Positions 1 through 12,076 are shown, counted from the first letter of the whole stretch. The stretch is 62,386 nt of DNA, filler included, from Sphacelaria rigidula (GCA_964200075.2; 11 parts of 11 records of this genome joined end to end with filler, not necessarily neighbours in it), one strand, 5' to 3'. Numbers and translations are program-made. The notes: generated from the letters alone by a model not told the origin.

Positions 1-534
1 GGCATCGCTCCAATCCGAGTTCGTTCCGAGCTCGTTCTCGAAGGCTGTCGCTAGTTTCGACGTGTAATTCGTCCGTAAGGAATCGTGTGCGTATCTGTAA
101 GTACATTCCCCTTGTTTCGTTGAGCAGTCGGTGAGTCCGGGGGTACCTACTGCAGCGCAGTGTCTGGCATGTACTGGCGTACGTCCTTTCCCACATGCAT
201 CCGGCCAGCACAAAAAGGCTGCGATGTCGGTCGGTTGCGCTGCTGTCCAGTATTTGGGGCCGTGCCCGTGTCGTGAGGCTAAGAATCTATTGAATAGTTC
301 TGTTGTGGAATCCTGTCTCTTTGCTGAGGCTGACGCTGCCATGGCGAGCGTTAACTGAGTGTATCGTTTCTGTATAGCCTCCTCGTCGATTTTCAAAGCC
401 ACCGCGTGCGTTACCCTCGTAGCTAATATCGAACTCCCTATGCCACATCATTGACAGTATTGAAAATCTTCGTCGTTTTCTCCATGGCAGTCGGGACATA
501 GCACTCTCGCTCGCGAGGCGGAGACTCGGGTCAT
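1..534 (-). pseudogene. N-terminal part of the tyrosine-recombinase ORF: CxxC..CxxC motif plus ALOG-like domain
   Basis: Manual translation through the TGA at 448-450 gives CPDCHGENDEDFQYCQ*CG...PTDIAAFLCWPDACGKGRTPVHARHCAAVG...ECTYRYAHDSLRTNYTSKLATAFENELG. This resembles the ALOG (DUF640) pattern FL.YLD..GKT.VH...C...C..R.A..SL......L..AFE. Confidence 0.75.
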
Positions 535-750
535 ACTCGAGCTGTGGCTGGGCGGGTTGCGCTTGTGGCCTAGGTGGGCGAGCATCGTTGTTATCCGTGC
601 TAGGAACGGTTGCACCAGAGCAAGGAACATAAGGAATGCCTGGATGTGTTGAAATGGTCGCGCGATAAGAGCATGCGTCAGGTGGTTCTGGGGTACTCGT
701 CGTGTGGTATTTTCCGTCTTGGAGGGCAGAGTATCTTTTGTGAAACTGTT

Positions 751-1235
751 TCAATGAAGAGTCGGGCCGAATATCATATATTCATCAGGCTTGAATATCA
801 ACTTCAACTGCGTGCATGTCCCATTCATGAAATACGACGCTTCCTGTCCTCGTTGATGGTGGGTACGAAAAAACTGCCCATTTTCCCCTTTTCTAGATAC
901 GAGTTTGGTACGTACGGCTGCTTCAGTAAACATAGGATACCACGACGCCGGTCGCGCTGGAACCACTACCACCGCACGGGCGTGGCAATCTGCGATGAGC
1001 TGAAGCACTACTCCGACCATCACTGGGGGGGGGAAACAAAATCCGAAGCATTGCCGCGTGCGACATGACGGGCAGCTAACGTCACAGCTAAGAACGTCCA
1101 CTCCGTGTGATCCTGCTGTATTATATCTCGAGTAAAAAGGCAGAGCAGTTCCTCCACCCGGTGAAGTCATTGGAATCTTCTGGGCTGACGCTGTGGATGC
1201 CATCAAGTCCATGTCGAACCCGCCCCACTCGAACC
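751..1235 (-). pseudogene. DIRS methyltransferase-like (N6-adenine MTase-type) domain
   Basis: Motifs DLMAS, FYSRY, GVDVLS, FCFPPPVMVGVVLQ and AVVVVP...SWYP directly follow RNase H. The domain is frameshifted relative to RT-RH near 1245. Confidence 0.75.
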
Positions 1236-1259
1236 ATAACTGGCCAAAATATTCTGCTC

Positions 1260-2954
1260 TCTCATCCGCACGTGCTCGTTGGCTCCTGGTCTTGAAAGAC
1301 TGTCTGCTTCTGAGTTACGCTCTGAGCCTACCCATCGTAATGTAAGTGTGAAGTCTTGTATGACTTGCATCTAGAAGAGCTGTTGGATGAGTGTGTGCAT
1401 GCGTTCGTCCCTCGCTCTATTTTTGCTGAAGGCATGGTACATGGTTTTGTTGTCGACATATATTGACAGATTAGTCCCCGCCACTTGATCAGCTTGTTCT
1501 AAGCAGAACAGTCTAAGTACTTCGTGTAGAGCGAACGTTTCCTTGACATTGATGTGCGCTGTCACCCATTCGGCGGAAAAGTCGGCGGCCGCTGTCAAGG
1601 TGATGCCGGAGGGGCCCCGAACAATACCCCCCCATGCCAGTGAGGATGCCTCTGTCGCGCCGTTTATGGCGATGATGTGGTGACAGGGGCTGTACCATGC
1701 CGCCTCATTAATCTTGTTTCGGAGTTCCCGCCAGGCGGCTATCTCGTGTCGAAGACCACCATTGACAGAGAGCGCTACCGCAGCTGTGATATGTTTTCCT
1801 CCGATCTTTCTGTATATCGCGATCTGTTTGTACACGTGGAACGTGTACAAACTGGCTGCTGGTACGTCAACCGACACGCTCGTGCACTTTCCCGCCAGCT
1901 TCTCAAGCATGGTGAACGTGATGGTTCCGGTAGCGAGGGCATCGTCTAAGATGCGCTCTAACTTGGCGAGCTTATCTTCGGGGACTTCAAATCGGCAATC
2001 GTCTGTGTCGCACAGAATCCTCAAGAAGACGATTTTTGTGGTGGGTTCTAGCTGGCATTTGGAGATGGACATGAAGTATACACAATGGTAGAAGACTGAC
2101 AGCGCCAGGAGGGCTGCTGAACTTGCTGCCTGTTTCTGCGTGTGAGGTGGGTCATGCTTGGTCGAGCGGACTCCCGTCAGCCAGAAATCGTCGATCCATG
2201 CCAGTACTAGTACTTTCCGGGATCGCAGGTACTGTGCCACCGCCTCGCTCAGTGTGTGGTAGATGTGGGGAGAACTGCACCAACCAAAACAGAGGACAGT
2301 CCAAACGTAATATTCGCCCTCCCACTGCAAACCGAAGTATTTCCATGATGTGGGGTCGAGGGGCGCATGGTGGAAACCTGATTTGTGGTCCATCGTAACT
2401 TGGTAAGCACCTTGCTACGAGCACTGGGCCACCTTTCCAACTCCGTCCATCTTGAACGGCATACCCTTACACATGAGGTTCAGCCAACGACCGTCCCATA
2501 TTAGGCGTGGTTTCGACGATTCTACTCCAAGCGGGAGAGACATGCGTGGCTTGGGTTGCGCGTGAACGTCTGCTATCTCCGCTCATCGCACCTCGCAGCC
2601 TTTGTCGACAAGTTTTCTGACCTCGCAGTCGACAAACACTTCGTGTTCTGGGTTCAAGTGGTTGGGTAACTCCACACCCGTCAGGTAGGCGCCGTGAAAG
2701 GGGCGTCCTTGGAAACTTCCTGTCGCTGATTTGTCGACGAATGTGTGTAGGTCTACACCGTTAATCCACGACAATAACAAGTCGGATTGCATGTGGTCCT
2801 TCAGAATAACAGGTTTCCAGAACAGGACTGCCGTGCTCAGATGTCCTGGAACAAAGTCTTTCTCGTTGTATACGCAGGCTTGTCGGGGGGCTTGGGGCGG
2901 TTCTCCTGATTCCCAGCCTTCCTGGATCTGGTCCGCAGAGGGATCCTGGATCAT
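1260..2954 (-). pseudogene. DIRS reverse transcriptase / RNase H
   Basis: Motifs KPRLIWDGRWLN, DHKSGFHH, LCFGWCSSP, WIDD, TEASSLAWGG, HINVKE, VDN and N..ADSLSR lie in one frame, interrupted by stops at 2583-2585, about 2415-2417 and 1371-1373. Confidence 0.92.
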
Positions 2955-3467
2955 GCACTCGCTATGGGCTGAAGCTCGGTTTCCTTGTATATCCGTTTGG
3001 TCCGTACGAAAATATGTATGAATCGCGTTCGTACGTCTGGATCTTTCTTTTCAGTACACATATAGGATACAGAGGACATGAGTAGGCTGCGCGGGGTGAG
3101 GTGTTTCGAGAGGATAGTGTGTAATGTTCGTCTGTTGCGGGGAAAGGTAAAACTCCCGCTCGGGTATGCTGCAATACAGCGGGGGGTTCGGCCTGTCGCC
3201 GAACCGGGCGCCATCATGTGTCGCGGGGTACAAATAACCCGAGCCGAGCGCGCTATCGGGGCAACAGAGCAGCAAACGTTATTCAATTCATGTTCATTTC
3301 ATCTCTTGGAAACGTTATGCAAGATATGTCTCGCCTATTAACCTATGAAACAGGATATGTGCAGGCCAGAGTCGGCGCGTTCCCGAGCGTCCTGTGGCGG
3401 AAGCTACCGCAAACAGGGTGTTGTAAACCTGTACTACCTTAACAAATCATACTTCAATTCTACGATA

Positions 3468-4220
3468 TCATCCAGGGCAGTGCTTAGCGAGGTGTCCCGG
3501 TTTCGTGCACTGCCAACAGACTGTCAGCGGGCAGTTAACGTATGAATGGTTCGCGGGTTGACCCGCGTCCGTGCATGTTTGGCACTGGGGTGGTGCTCCT
3601 GAGCCCCGGCCACAGCCTCTCCCGGGACCTCCTCGGCCTCCCCCTCTGCCACCGCCGCGGGTATTTTGTTGTCGCCTCCCTCCCCGCCCCCCCCCCGCTG
3701 CGTAAGGTTCACTGGGGCCATAGTGGTGGGCGGCGCCAGAAAATGGCGCCTGCTGGTATGATAGGCGTGGATGTGCGGGGGGCGGCTGTAGATGGTACGG
3801 TGGGTATTGGATCGGCGGGCTCAGCAGAGCCCTCGACGCCCCCCCCGCACGAATGTCTGGGCACCAACCCGGGGCGGTCTCCAGGGCAGTGTGCTTACCG
3901 ACCATTGACGTCGCTATCTCCTTAATCTCAGCCTGGAGAGCCTTGTTAGCTGCCGGCGACCGCCGGGAGGAGGTGGCACCAAACCGTTTGTGGAGGAGCA
4001 GGGCAGTTAACGCCGGCGAGCGCCGCGCGAGACTGTCCTCAACATCGTTGGGGAGGTTCCGCACCCACACCATCTCGCGACGGAGTGAGGGCTGCCTCTC
4101 GGCCAACCGTTCCATCGCAGCTAGGTGGGCGAACATGATGTCGAGTTGATCCGTGACTCGCGTGAGGGGCGTGAAGCGTGCATCCTTAAGAGGGTGAGCG
4201 TCCGCTGCTGCTTGGCTCAT
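3468..4220 (-). CDS. DIRS gag-like protein
   Basis: 250-aa ORF with an RGG-rich segment and C-terminal zinc knuckles (CQTC...H...C and CWQCTKPGHLAKHC), upstream of RT on the same strand. Confidence 0.85.
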   Translation of the reverse strand: MSQAAADAHPLKDARFTPLTRVTDQLDIMFAHLAAMERLAERQPSLRREMVWVRNLPNDVEDSLARRSPALTALLLHKRFGATSSRRSPAANKALQAEIKEIATSMVGKHTALETAPGWCPDIRAGGASRALLSPPIQYPPYHLQPPPAHPRLSYQQAPFSGAAHHYGPSEPYAAGGGRGGRRQQNTRGGGRGGGRGGPGRGCGRGSGAPPQCQTCTDAGQPANHSYVNCPLTVCWQCTKPGHLAKHCPG

Positions 4221-4569
4221 CTTTAATTCGATCTACAGTGTTGGGGATACAGCGTGGGACGGGTCGAGCGAACGGGGTCGTGCGGCTGTTGTTGTGCTGT
4301 CGGGCTCTCAGGCTGGAGCGGTCTCTCTTTCACGTAGCAGAGGTGGTGGGCTGGTGGGCTGGTGGGCTCACAAACCGCGCGTACAAATGCTGAGTACTGC
4401 GCATGAGCGGTCACACGGACTCGGGATGAAGGGGCTGACTGGGCTAGTACAAAACACGTCTGAGCGGGCGGTATGTATGCGGTGGGATCGCTAAGTATTG
4501 AGTCGGGGTTCAGCTTACATCAGCTTGCCGGGTTTCTGGCATAGCATAGGGCTCTGTGATGCTGCGTGG

Positions 4570-5470
4570 GTAAAAGCGAGCGTGTACTATGCTTCGCGTC
4601 ATCCCATGTGTACTGCTAGGCCCCCACCTGTACTGTGTGGCGGCTAAGAACCGGGCTGGTGTGTGTTTGTGCCGGTCCCGGGTTGTACTCGACAGGCGGC
4701 TGAAGGCCAGGCGAGCTTGTGCAATGCCGCGATTCGGTGGCGCTGGTACTGTGCTACGCTCCGAAATGTACTGTATCTATGGCGAAGGGACGAGCCGAGT
4801 GAGCGTGTACTATGTGGTAAGTGTTGCACGGGCGTGTACGTCGCGTCATCCGCACGTGTACTGTGCTAACGCCCCCATCTGTGTTGTGTGGGCGTCGAAG
4901 GACTGGGTGGACGTGTACTTGTGCCGGTCCCACTCTGTACTCTACAGGCGGCTAAAAGCCATGGGGACTTGTGCGCTGCCGCATCTCGGCGGCGCTTGTA
5001 CTGTGCTGTGCTTCCAAGGATACTGTACCGGCGGCAAAGGGCCGAGGCAGATGGGCATGGACTGTGCTAGAAGTACTGTACGGGCGACGGGGTCGGGCGG
5101 GTGTGAACTGTGCAGCATCCGAATCGATACTGTACTGGCCCGAATCTGTACTGAATGGGCGACGGCACACTGAACGTGTACGGAGTCTCCCGCGCCTGCC
5201 GTGTACTTGTAATGGTGCACTCATCTGTGCTATCTATGCTGCGCGTGTACGGTGCTTTATGTACTGTACGGTCCACGACGCCAAACTGGACGTGCACGGA
5301 GTCTCCCGTGCCTGCCGTGTACTTGTGATGGTGTACTCATCGGTGCTATCCGGGCTGCGCGTGTACGGTGCTTTATGTACTGTACAGTCCACAAGGGGTC
5401 GGGCGGGCGTGAGCTGTGTTGCATCGGAACCGATGTTGTACTGACCTAAGTCGAGATTAGATGGGTGGCA
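4570..5470. repeat. Nested degenerate direct repeats upstream of gag
   Basis: The block at about 4620-4780 recurs at about 4872-5035. The block at about 5170-5270 recurs at about 5288-5388. The block at about 5089-5147 recurs at about 5395-5452. The region is GTAC-rich. Confidence 0.8.
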
Positions 5471-5581
5471 GCGAGTCGGGTGGGCGTGTACGGCGCACCC
5501 CTCTGTACATTTGTTTGTTTGTTTTTTTCCGGGGCGGGCGGCGGGCGGCGGGCGGCGGGGGGGGGGGGGAACGGAGGTACC

Positions 5582-5681
5582 NNNNNNNNNNNNNNNNNNN
5601 NNNNNNNNNNNNNNNNNNNNNNNNNTTAATTAATTAANNNNNNNNNNNNNNNNNNNNNNNNNNNNNNNNNNNNNNNNNNNN
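5582..5681. other. Artificial contig linker (first of ten)
   Basis: 44 N + TTAATTAATTAA (stops in all six frames) + 44 N. Identical linkers lie at 11263-11362, 16944-17043, 22625-22724, 28306-28405, 33987-34086, 39667-39766, 45347-45446, 51027-51126 and 56707-56806. The intervening segments are 5581 or 5580 bp. Confidence 0.97.
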
Positions 5682-7054
5682 GTGACGGGTACTTGCTGTT
5701 GTAACGCGAAGTTGCTTTGCACAGCAACACAGAGTAGCTTGTTATCGACGTACACAGGCAGTAGTGACAGCACATTTTTTCCGATTGTTGTTGGTGTACA
5801 GACGCAATGCACAAAAATCCCGCCCGTCCTGTCTCATATTTTCCTTCTGTCATATTGTTATTAGTGCACACAGGCAGTAGTGACAGCAAACGTCATGGCT
5901 GTCTTCGGTCTATCAAAGGCAGTGCATCGAAGATTGAAAAGACCGCGCTTGAGGCCCTGGCTTGTGCGCTCGATAGCGTAGAGACAACAAGGCCGATTTT
6001 GATCAGAGCAAACAATATGGTTCGTGGTACTTTACGTTGGTAAAATGAATTGCCCCTTGTACACGAGCGCATGCAAGAAATCAGCACCCCATGGCAGGAC
6101 GGAAGATACGAACATACACCCTTCAAAACGAAGCTTGTCCCATGTTGAATTGTTCACATATTTCTATTAGTATTCACAGTCAGTTACCGAAAACATCATT
6201 GCTGTCTCCCGACTGTAAAAGGACCAGAAGACCGCAATGAAACCGCAATAAAACAGACGCGTCAAACTTTTCGGTGACCGCGTTGAGCCATTCGGTGGCC
6301 GCCTTGAGTTCTTTCTCAGCCTTCTCCGCGCGTTGAAGCGCCGCCTTGACCTGGCGCGCGGCCGCCAGGGCACAGGTCAAGTCTTGACCGGTTCTTTCCT
6401 TGTACTTCGCCCATGCTTCGCGGGATTTCTGTTTTCTGTTCAACTTCGAAACACCGTGCTTCTGAGAATTTCCCATTTTTCACCTCCGCAAAAGCTGTTG
6501 GTCCTCAACCCACAAGTCCCGATTTTTCAACTCTATTTTCTCGGCAACCAGGACAAGGATTCGACGGTGGTTTGATGCGTGCGCTTCTCATACACCGTAA
6601 CTGTCAAGTGTGGCGACATATTTCCGTACGCGTGCCCAGCACTTCAGAAACCGCTGCACCAAACACAAAATGTTCTGAAAAACGCGTTTCCTGCAACGTT
6701 CTGGGACTTTTTGGATCCCTTGTGGCGAGTGGAGCAAATCTGCTTGCGCTGCTGTATAGGTCTAGCGTGTGTGCTGGGGGCTGTGAAGTTCCAGAGACCG
6801 CTGTGCTTCCTGTCTCGAGATAATTGCGATGAAAACAATTACATTTGTCGCATACTAAACCTGGGCAGCTTGGGATGGAGCGTGCGTCATTTTCGGCAGA
6901 GGTTCGGCACAGGCCCGACCAGTCTATGACGTCTTCAATATCCGTCCGCATTCATTTTTATTGTTGTGGGCGCCGGATTTTTGGTCGGCAAGGCCTTCAT
7001 TCACACCCTTAACTGTCGTTATCATTACACCAACCCGACCAAAACCCTCAAGCA

Positions 7055-7572
7055 GAGAGGGTAGGTCATCTGACCACGCATCCATTTTTTGAGTGGAATT
7101 GATGCTGATTCGACACATGAACTATGCTCGCGGTCAGTAGGTCAACCCTCAAACGGCGGTCCAGACGCATCATTTTTCTAAATGAATATTGACGCTGATT
7201 CAGCAAGTGACCTGTACCCTCGCGGGTCAAAGGGTTGAACCCCTAGATCGCGAGAGTAGTCCATGTAGATCATGCATACTTGTGTCAGGTGATGATAACG
7301 TCGATTCAATGGGTGGCCTCTCTCTCGCCGTCGAAGGGTCAACCCTTGAATTGCGAGAGTAGGTCATGATCTGTTGAATCGGCATCCATTTCACTTGAAG
7401 AGAGTATACATAATGCAGGCGGACCACCCGCATCGCGGTCCAAGGGTTGAACCGCCCGGGTAGGTCATCCAGGTTATGCATTAATTTTTCAGGTCAGGAT
7501 GATGCCGATTCAAAAGATGGTTCTTCCCCAGCGGTGAAGGGGTTTACCCTTTCACCGCGAGGATAGATCACC
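7055..7572. repeat. Cluster of about 75-85 bp degenerate units in both orientations (GAATCGGCATCA / GATGACCTACCCTCGCGG family)
   Basis: The same unit recurs at about 8130-8230, 10155-10360, 27965-28080 and 55800-55860. Confidence 0.8.
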
Positions 7573-7580
7573 TGTTGACT

Positions 7581-7870
7581 TGTTGTTGTTGTTGTTGTTG
7601 TTGTTGTCTTCACATTAGAAACCGTTCCGATATCTTCGCGGTACATTCGTTGAGGGGCACCATTTTCTCTGTGTGATACCCAGATTGATCTCCGTGGGAG
7701 CCCAAGGTAAGGTTACACGGGTGCCCGCTGGTACATACACGTTATCCGGATTTTGGAGCAATTCTGCGTCTTGCGACAAGTCGAACAAAAGGTGTACAGC
7801 ATGAAACTGTCTGCAAAACCGATGTATCCGGAACTGGGTGGGCTGACAAGGGTTACAAGATGACACAGCG
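7581..7870 (-). mobile_element. Probable 3' end of a non-LTR retroelement or SINE with a (CAA)n tail
   Basis: The minus strand ends ...TTTCTAATGTGAAGA(CAA)8. Microsatellite tails are typical of non-LTR 3' ends. The insert sits within the preceding repeat cluster. Confidence 0.45.
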
Positions 7871-9611
7871 TGGAATCACAACCCTAATCATATTGTACGT
7901 GCATCATTCAACCATTATAATCCAAAATATGGATAACCTAGGGACGCTCCAAAACAGTGGGGTTCACCACTTGGTAGGTCAAAGACCTTTCCAACTCGGT
8001 TTTAGTATAGTCACCGAAGTCCGGATCTTTAATGGAGGGGCTGTGCTCCTCGCGTGCGTGCGCAGGAAGCGTTCTCGTCTAAGTCTAACCTCCACAATGT
8101 GGATAACGTGTGCCAGGGGCCACCCATGTAACTCTTTGACCGCGGAGCATAGATCATCTGTTGAATCAGCATCAATTTCGCTCGAAAAAATACGGCGTGA
8201 CCCAGATGACCTACCCTCGCGGTCAAACGGTTAACCCTAACCTTAACCCTTGACCATAACTTTGAAAAAATACGGACCGTAAATGCTCGGACACACGAGA
8301 GTCCACCTAGAGGCAGTCACGGTGCCAGGGAACTATTGCTGAGGATTACGGGGTCAGGCGCCGCGTAGCGCTGCCATAAACTCTCTTGGGACCGGATTCT
8401 CTCTCGCTACAGATATGATGGCTGGTTTGCACGCAGGGACCATTTGTGAATCGGCATCATTTTCAGTCGTTTTCAACGGAAAATGATGCCAAGTTACGAG
8501 GGAGGCCCCCAGTCCGGTTAGTTGGTCCACGCCGGTCCCAGAAGCGTTCTGACTGAACTTCGGCTTTCAGGAAAGCATTAGCCCGAACGGGTCCGAAATG
8601 GTGATTCTGTCAGGTTGACCCCGATATCGTCCACTGCATCTCGGAGATCGGAAAATTCAACTGCCACAACGCCTGCCGTACAGAGTAGGGGGGAAAACAA
8701 CAGCATGTCGGGTATTCCCCTAACCGTGTGGTTGATTTGTCGATTGGTGCGTGCACTGGTCGTGGACATGACTCGTCGTTGGCGTAAATAACCGTTTGAA
8801 CGGTGCTGCAAATACAGCCCGCATGGTATGCTATGGAATCGTTGTGACTCTTTTTAGTACCGTTGTTGCCACGCATGTGCATCGCGGAGTCGAATCTTCC
8901 GGTGTATTGTAAGGTGTCCAGTGTGGTGTGCATACGCACCACTGTTCATTTTACGAGGCGGTCGGCCGCAATGTCAGGCAGCAGGAAGCCACGAGACACA
9001 CAAAATCAGCTACTGCTGCTTTACTGATTGATACTCATGTATGGGGGCTGGTGACCAGCCCACACATCTCACACGGCTGTTTTACGTCACTCTCTGGGTG
9101 GCACGAGGAGTGCCTACGCCCCTTTTCTCCATATTTTCTCCCTACAGCGCTGCACGCGGAGTAGCGCGAAGATAGCGCTTTGACTTCTCGGACCCTGCTT
9201 GTCGTGTATTTTGTGATGTTGGATAAGGGATCTGAGAGGTCTCTTGGATAAGTTATTTTTGGTAGATCATGAGATATGCAGTCTGACATGTATAAAACTA
9301 AGAAAAACACGTGAGGGCAAGGGTTTAGTGCATGATGTATTGGCATTTCTTCACACACACACACGCACACGCGCGATCTTCGATCTTCGATCTTCTCGAA
9401 CAGATACCACTGTGACTGCACCAACCCCTCTTCCACGACTCCGTGGAGATCGAGCACTTGTTGATTCCATTACTTTCGTAATTAACCCTTCTGCCGCCAT
9501 GGAAGATTAGATCAGAGCGCGCTTGGTTTTTCACATTGCCCACATACACACACTGGACTATGACATACAAACGCACACATATATTCACGCGTCCAACCAA
9601 AAACATCGCAG

Positions 9612-9768
9612 GTTGCCTTGAAGAACAAGGTGAACTTGAAGGACTGCTTGCGCTATGTCCGTGACGCCCGGGCCAAGGGCCTTACAGCACCCGTGGTCCT
9701 GATGGGCTACCTCAACCCATTTCTGGCGTACGGTCTGGACGCGCTCATGAAGGATGTGCAAGAGGCCG
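9612..9768 (+). CDS. trpA: Tryptophan synthase alpha chain, single internal exon
   Basis: CAG acceptor and GTGCGT donor flank VALKNKVNLKDCLRYVRDARAKGLTAPVVLMGYLNPFLAYGLDALMKDVQEAG. PVVLMGYxNP is the TrpA signature. I found no other exons in this contig. Confidence 0.92.
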
Positions 9769-11418
9769 GTGCGTGTATGCTTGCATGTATGCTTCATGCC
9801 GTCGATTTTGTTGCTGCTGTCGCTGTTGCTGTCGCTGTAAACAATGTTCTCGTGAAACTGGGAGTAGGGGATACGATTGAGCGTGAGGAGCGATCAGTCA
9901 GTGAACGAATCGTTTCAGTTCCAAAATGCCCCTCCACGAGGCCCGATATGCTTTCTGTAGTCGCTTGCGACTGAGGCCCTTGATATCCCCGAATAAGATA
10001 TCGACGTGTAGCTGTAATAAGCACACGGCAGTGATACCGTCAGAGGAAAAAAACACACTCGGAATGAAGAATTGGCCAAGTTGAAGCGAATGATGAAACC
10101 CACCCTCAATCAACGGTCTACTCTCAGTATCACGAAAACACCGTTTTTATTCAAGGTTTAACCCTTGGACCGCGAGGGTAGTCTTATCTGGATCATGCGT
10201 ACTTTTTTCAAGTGAAATTGATGCCGATTCAACAGATGACCTACTCTCTCTGTCTCAGGGTTAACCCCTTGAGTGCGAGAGTAGGTCACCTACTGAATCG
10301 GCATCAACATTCGCTTGAAAAAAGTACACGTGATCCAGATGGACCACCACCATCGCGGTCCAGAAGATAACAAATCTTTTGTCGAACAAAAACTTGCCGC
10401 GGAAGAGGATAATCCCGATCGCATAGATCTCCGTTCATATTTCACGTCGTTCATGTTAAAGTGACGACCCATCGGATCGGAATTTCGCTTTTGCGCCGCA
10501 CCTCGTCGATCGAAAAATGATGCGCAAATAAGACACGCCCTCATGGTTCAAAGACAGGGATCTCGACGTCTCACGCATACATGTCGGTGAGGAGGGTGGG
10601 ATGCAGTGCACGCTCGCTGTCGCCTGAGTGGTCGACCGCATTTTGCCCTTCTTCAGTGCGTCCGTCTCCTCGACTTCCAGTATGCAAATTGTGCCGCCCG
10701 TGCATGCTTTGTACCTTTGTAGCACATTTTCAAGCTAGGGCCGAAGCTCACAAGAGTAGAGCGGCACGTTGAGTGCGCCAAGTTGAAATCGAATTTTAGT
10801 GGGTCGGTTCCCCACACTGCCTTGTGCAAGACTTGTAAACGCCCGAGGCCCCTACTTCACACGACTGCCGTAAGACAGTCTATTCGAGCCTCCGGGTAAT
10901 CAGCACATGAACCCACTTGCGGGGTTCGTGTTGGGTCATGTTTCCTCCTTCAATTAAAAAAACACGAAGTACACACGGTTGTCTGTTGTAGCATAGCTCT
11001 TGTTTCCGTGCACACACAGTCGGTGTTTGCTTGTTCATGTTTTTCCTGGAGTTTTTTTTAATTTCCTTGACAAGGGCTGTCTTTAATTTTTTTTTCTCTC
11101 TTCTGTTTTGTCTTTCATCGCGGTAGTTTTTTACCCCGGCGTAGCGCATCACGGTACTTCGATACCGTTGTCCGCGGTACCGCGCGACCTTGAAAAATCC
11201 CAAGGCTCCTCTCGGGAATATTCCCGCGGGAAAAATACCGCGGTATTTCCACGGGAATGGGANNNNNNNNNNNNNNNNNNNNNNNNNNNNNNNNNNNNNN
11301 NNNNNNTTAATTAATTAANNNNNNNNNNNNNNNNNNNNNNNNNNNNNNNNNNNNNNNNNNNNCCAAAGGGGGGGGGGGGGGGGGGGGGGGGGTGGGGGGG
11401 GGGGGGGGGGGGGGGGGT

Positions 11419-11450
<32 letters not shown>

Positions 11451-11452
<2 letters not shown>

Positions 11453-11550
11453 ACTCATTTGTTGCTTGCCCTAGTCTTCTTCTGACCATCGACCTCGCAT
11501 TCCTACAAAGCCGTGACGAGGCTCGCCAGATTTCGCCGGACCAGGCTGTG
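11451..11550. repeat. Dispersed repeat module next to G/C homopolymers (CTCATTTGTTGCTTGCCTTAGTCGTTTGACC)
   Basis: Further copies at about 15345-15385 (reverse), 36008-36050, 39628-39666 and 56835-56872 (reverse), in four contigs' worth of sequence or fewer but clearly multicopy. Confidence 0.85.
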
Positions 11551-12076
11551 GGCAGATAACACTGATGAAACCTAGTGGGAGTACCCGGAATACATTTGAC
11601 GAAACAAGCGATTGTTGATAAAGGTTGAATGGATGTTTGATTGATCGATGGTTGCACTTCTGAATCACTCGCTAGGAATCCAGCCATGTAGGATGCTGCT
11701 GATCTCAAGACCGAGTTGTGTGCCTGAGGCTAAGATGCAGTTGGTGCTGGGGTGCGAGCGTTATCTGAAACATTTAGACTATTTTTCGAAGAATGCCACG
11801 GTGGGGGTGCACTTCTCAGTCCAAACGCTCTCAGAGGCTGCACACTAGGGCCCAGATATTTGTCATCGAAAGGCTCCCCACATCAGAGCGTTTCAGCAAC
11901 AAGAACAAAAACACCGCTACGGTGATACTGCTCTTGAAAGTCGCGAGGGTTCGAGCATTTTGGACTTTTCATTCCGATGTATCTCCCACTGGAACCGAAA
12001 TGAAGCGCCTGTCATGAGCCAATCTCTGTCTTTGTCTCTCCCTGTCTCCGTCTCTGTCTCTCTTGGTGTTGTGCAG

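Larger units (their letters stand above)
1..4400 (-). mobile_element. DIRS-order (tyrosine recombinase) retrotransposon, degenerate, truncated at the contig end
   Basis: Minus-strand order is gag with CCHC knuckle, RT, RNase H, methyltransferase-like domain, then a Zn-finger/ALOG-like ORF. This is the established DIRS layout. The recombinase catalytic part would lie beyond position 1. Confidence 0.9.

Noticed and set aside
4589..5444. Cys/Val-rich ORFs
   Set aside because: They are translations of degenerate direct repeats with no domain motifs.
5626..5637. TTAATTAATTAA as a biological motif
   Set aside because: It is always centred in a 100-nt N linker and is synthetic.
6180..6476. 98-aa basic/coiled-coil ORF
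   Set aside because: It may be a TE remnant, but it has no recognisable motif or supported splice structure.
11368..11451. Poly-G tract as a poly-Pro ORF or G-quadruplex element
   Set aside because: It lies at a contig edge, and homopolymer lengths there are unreliable.
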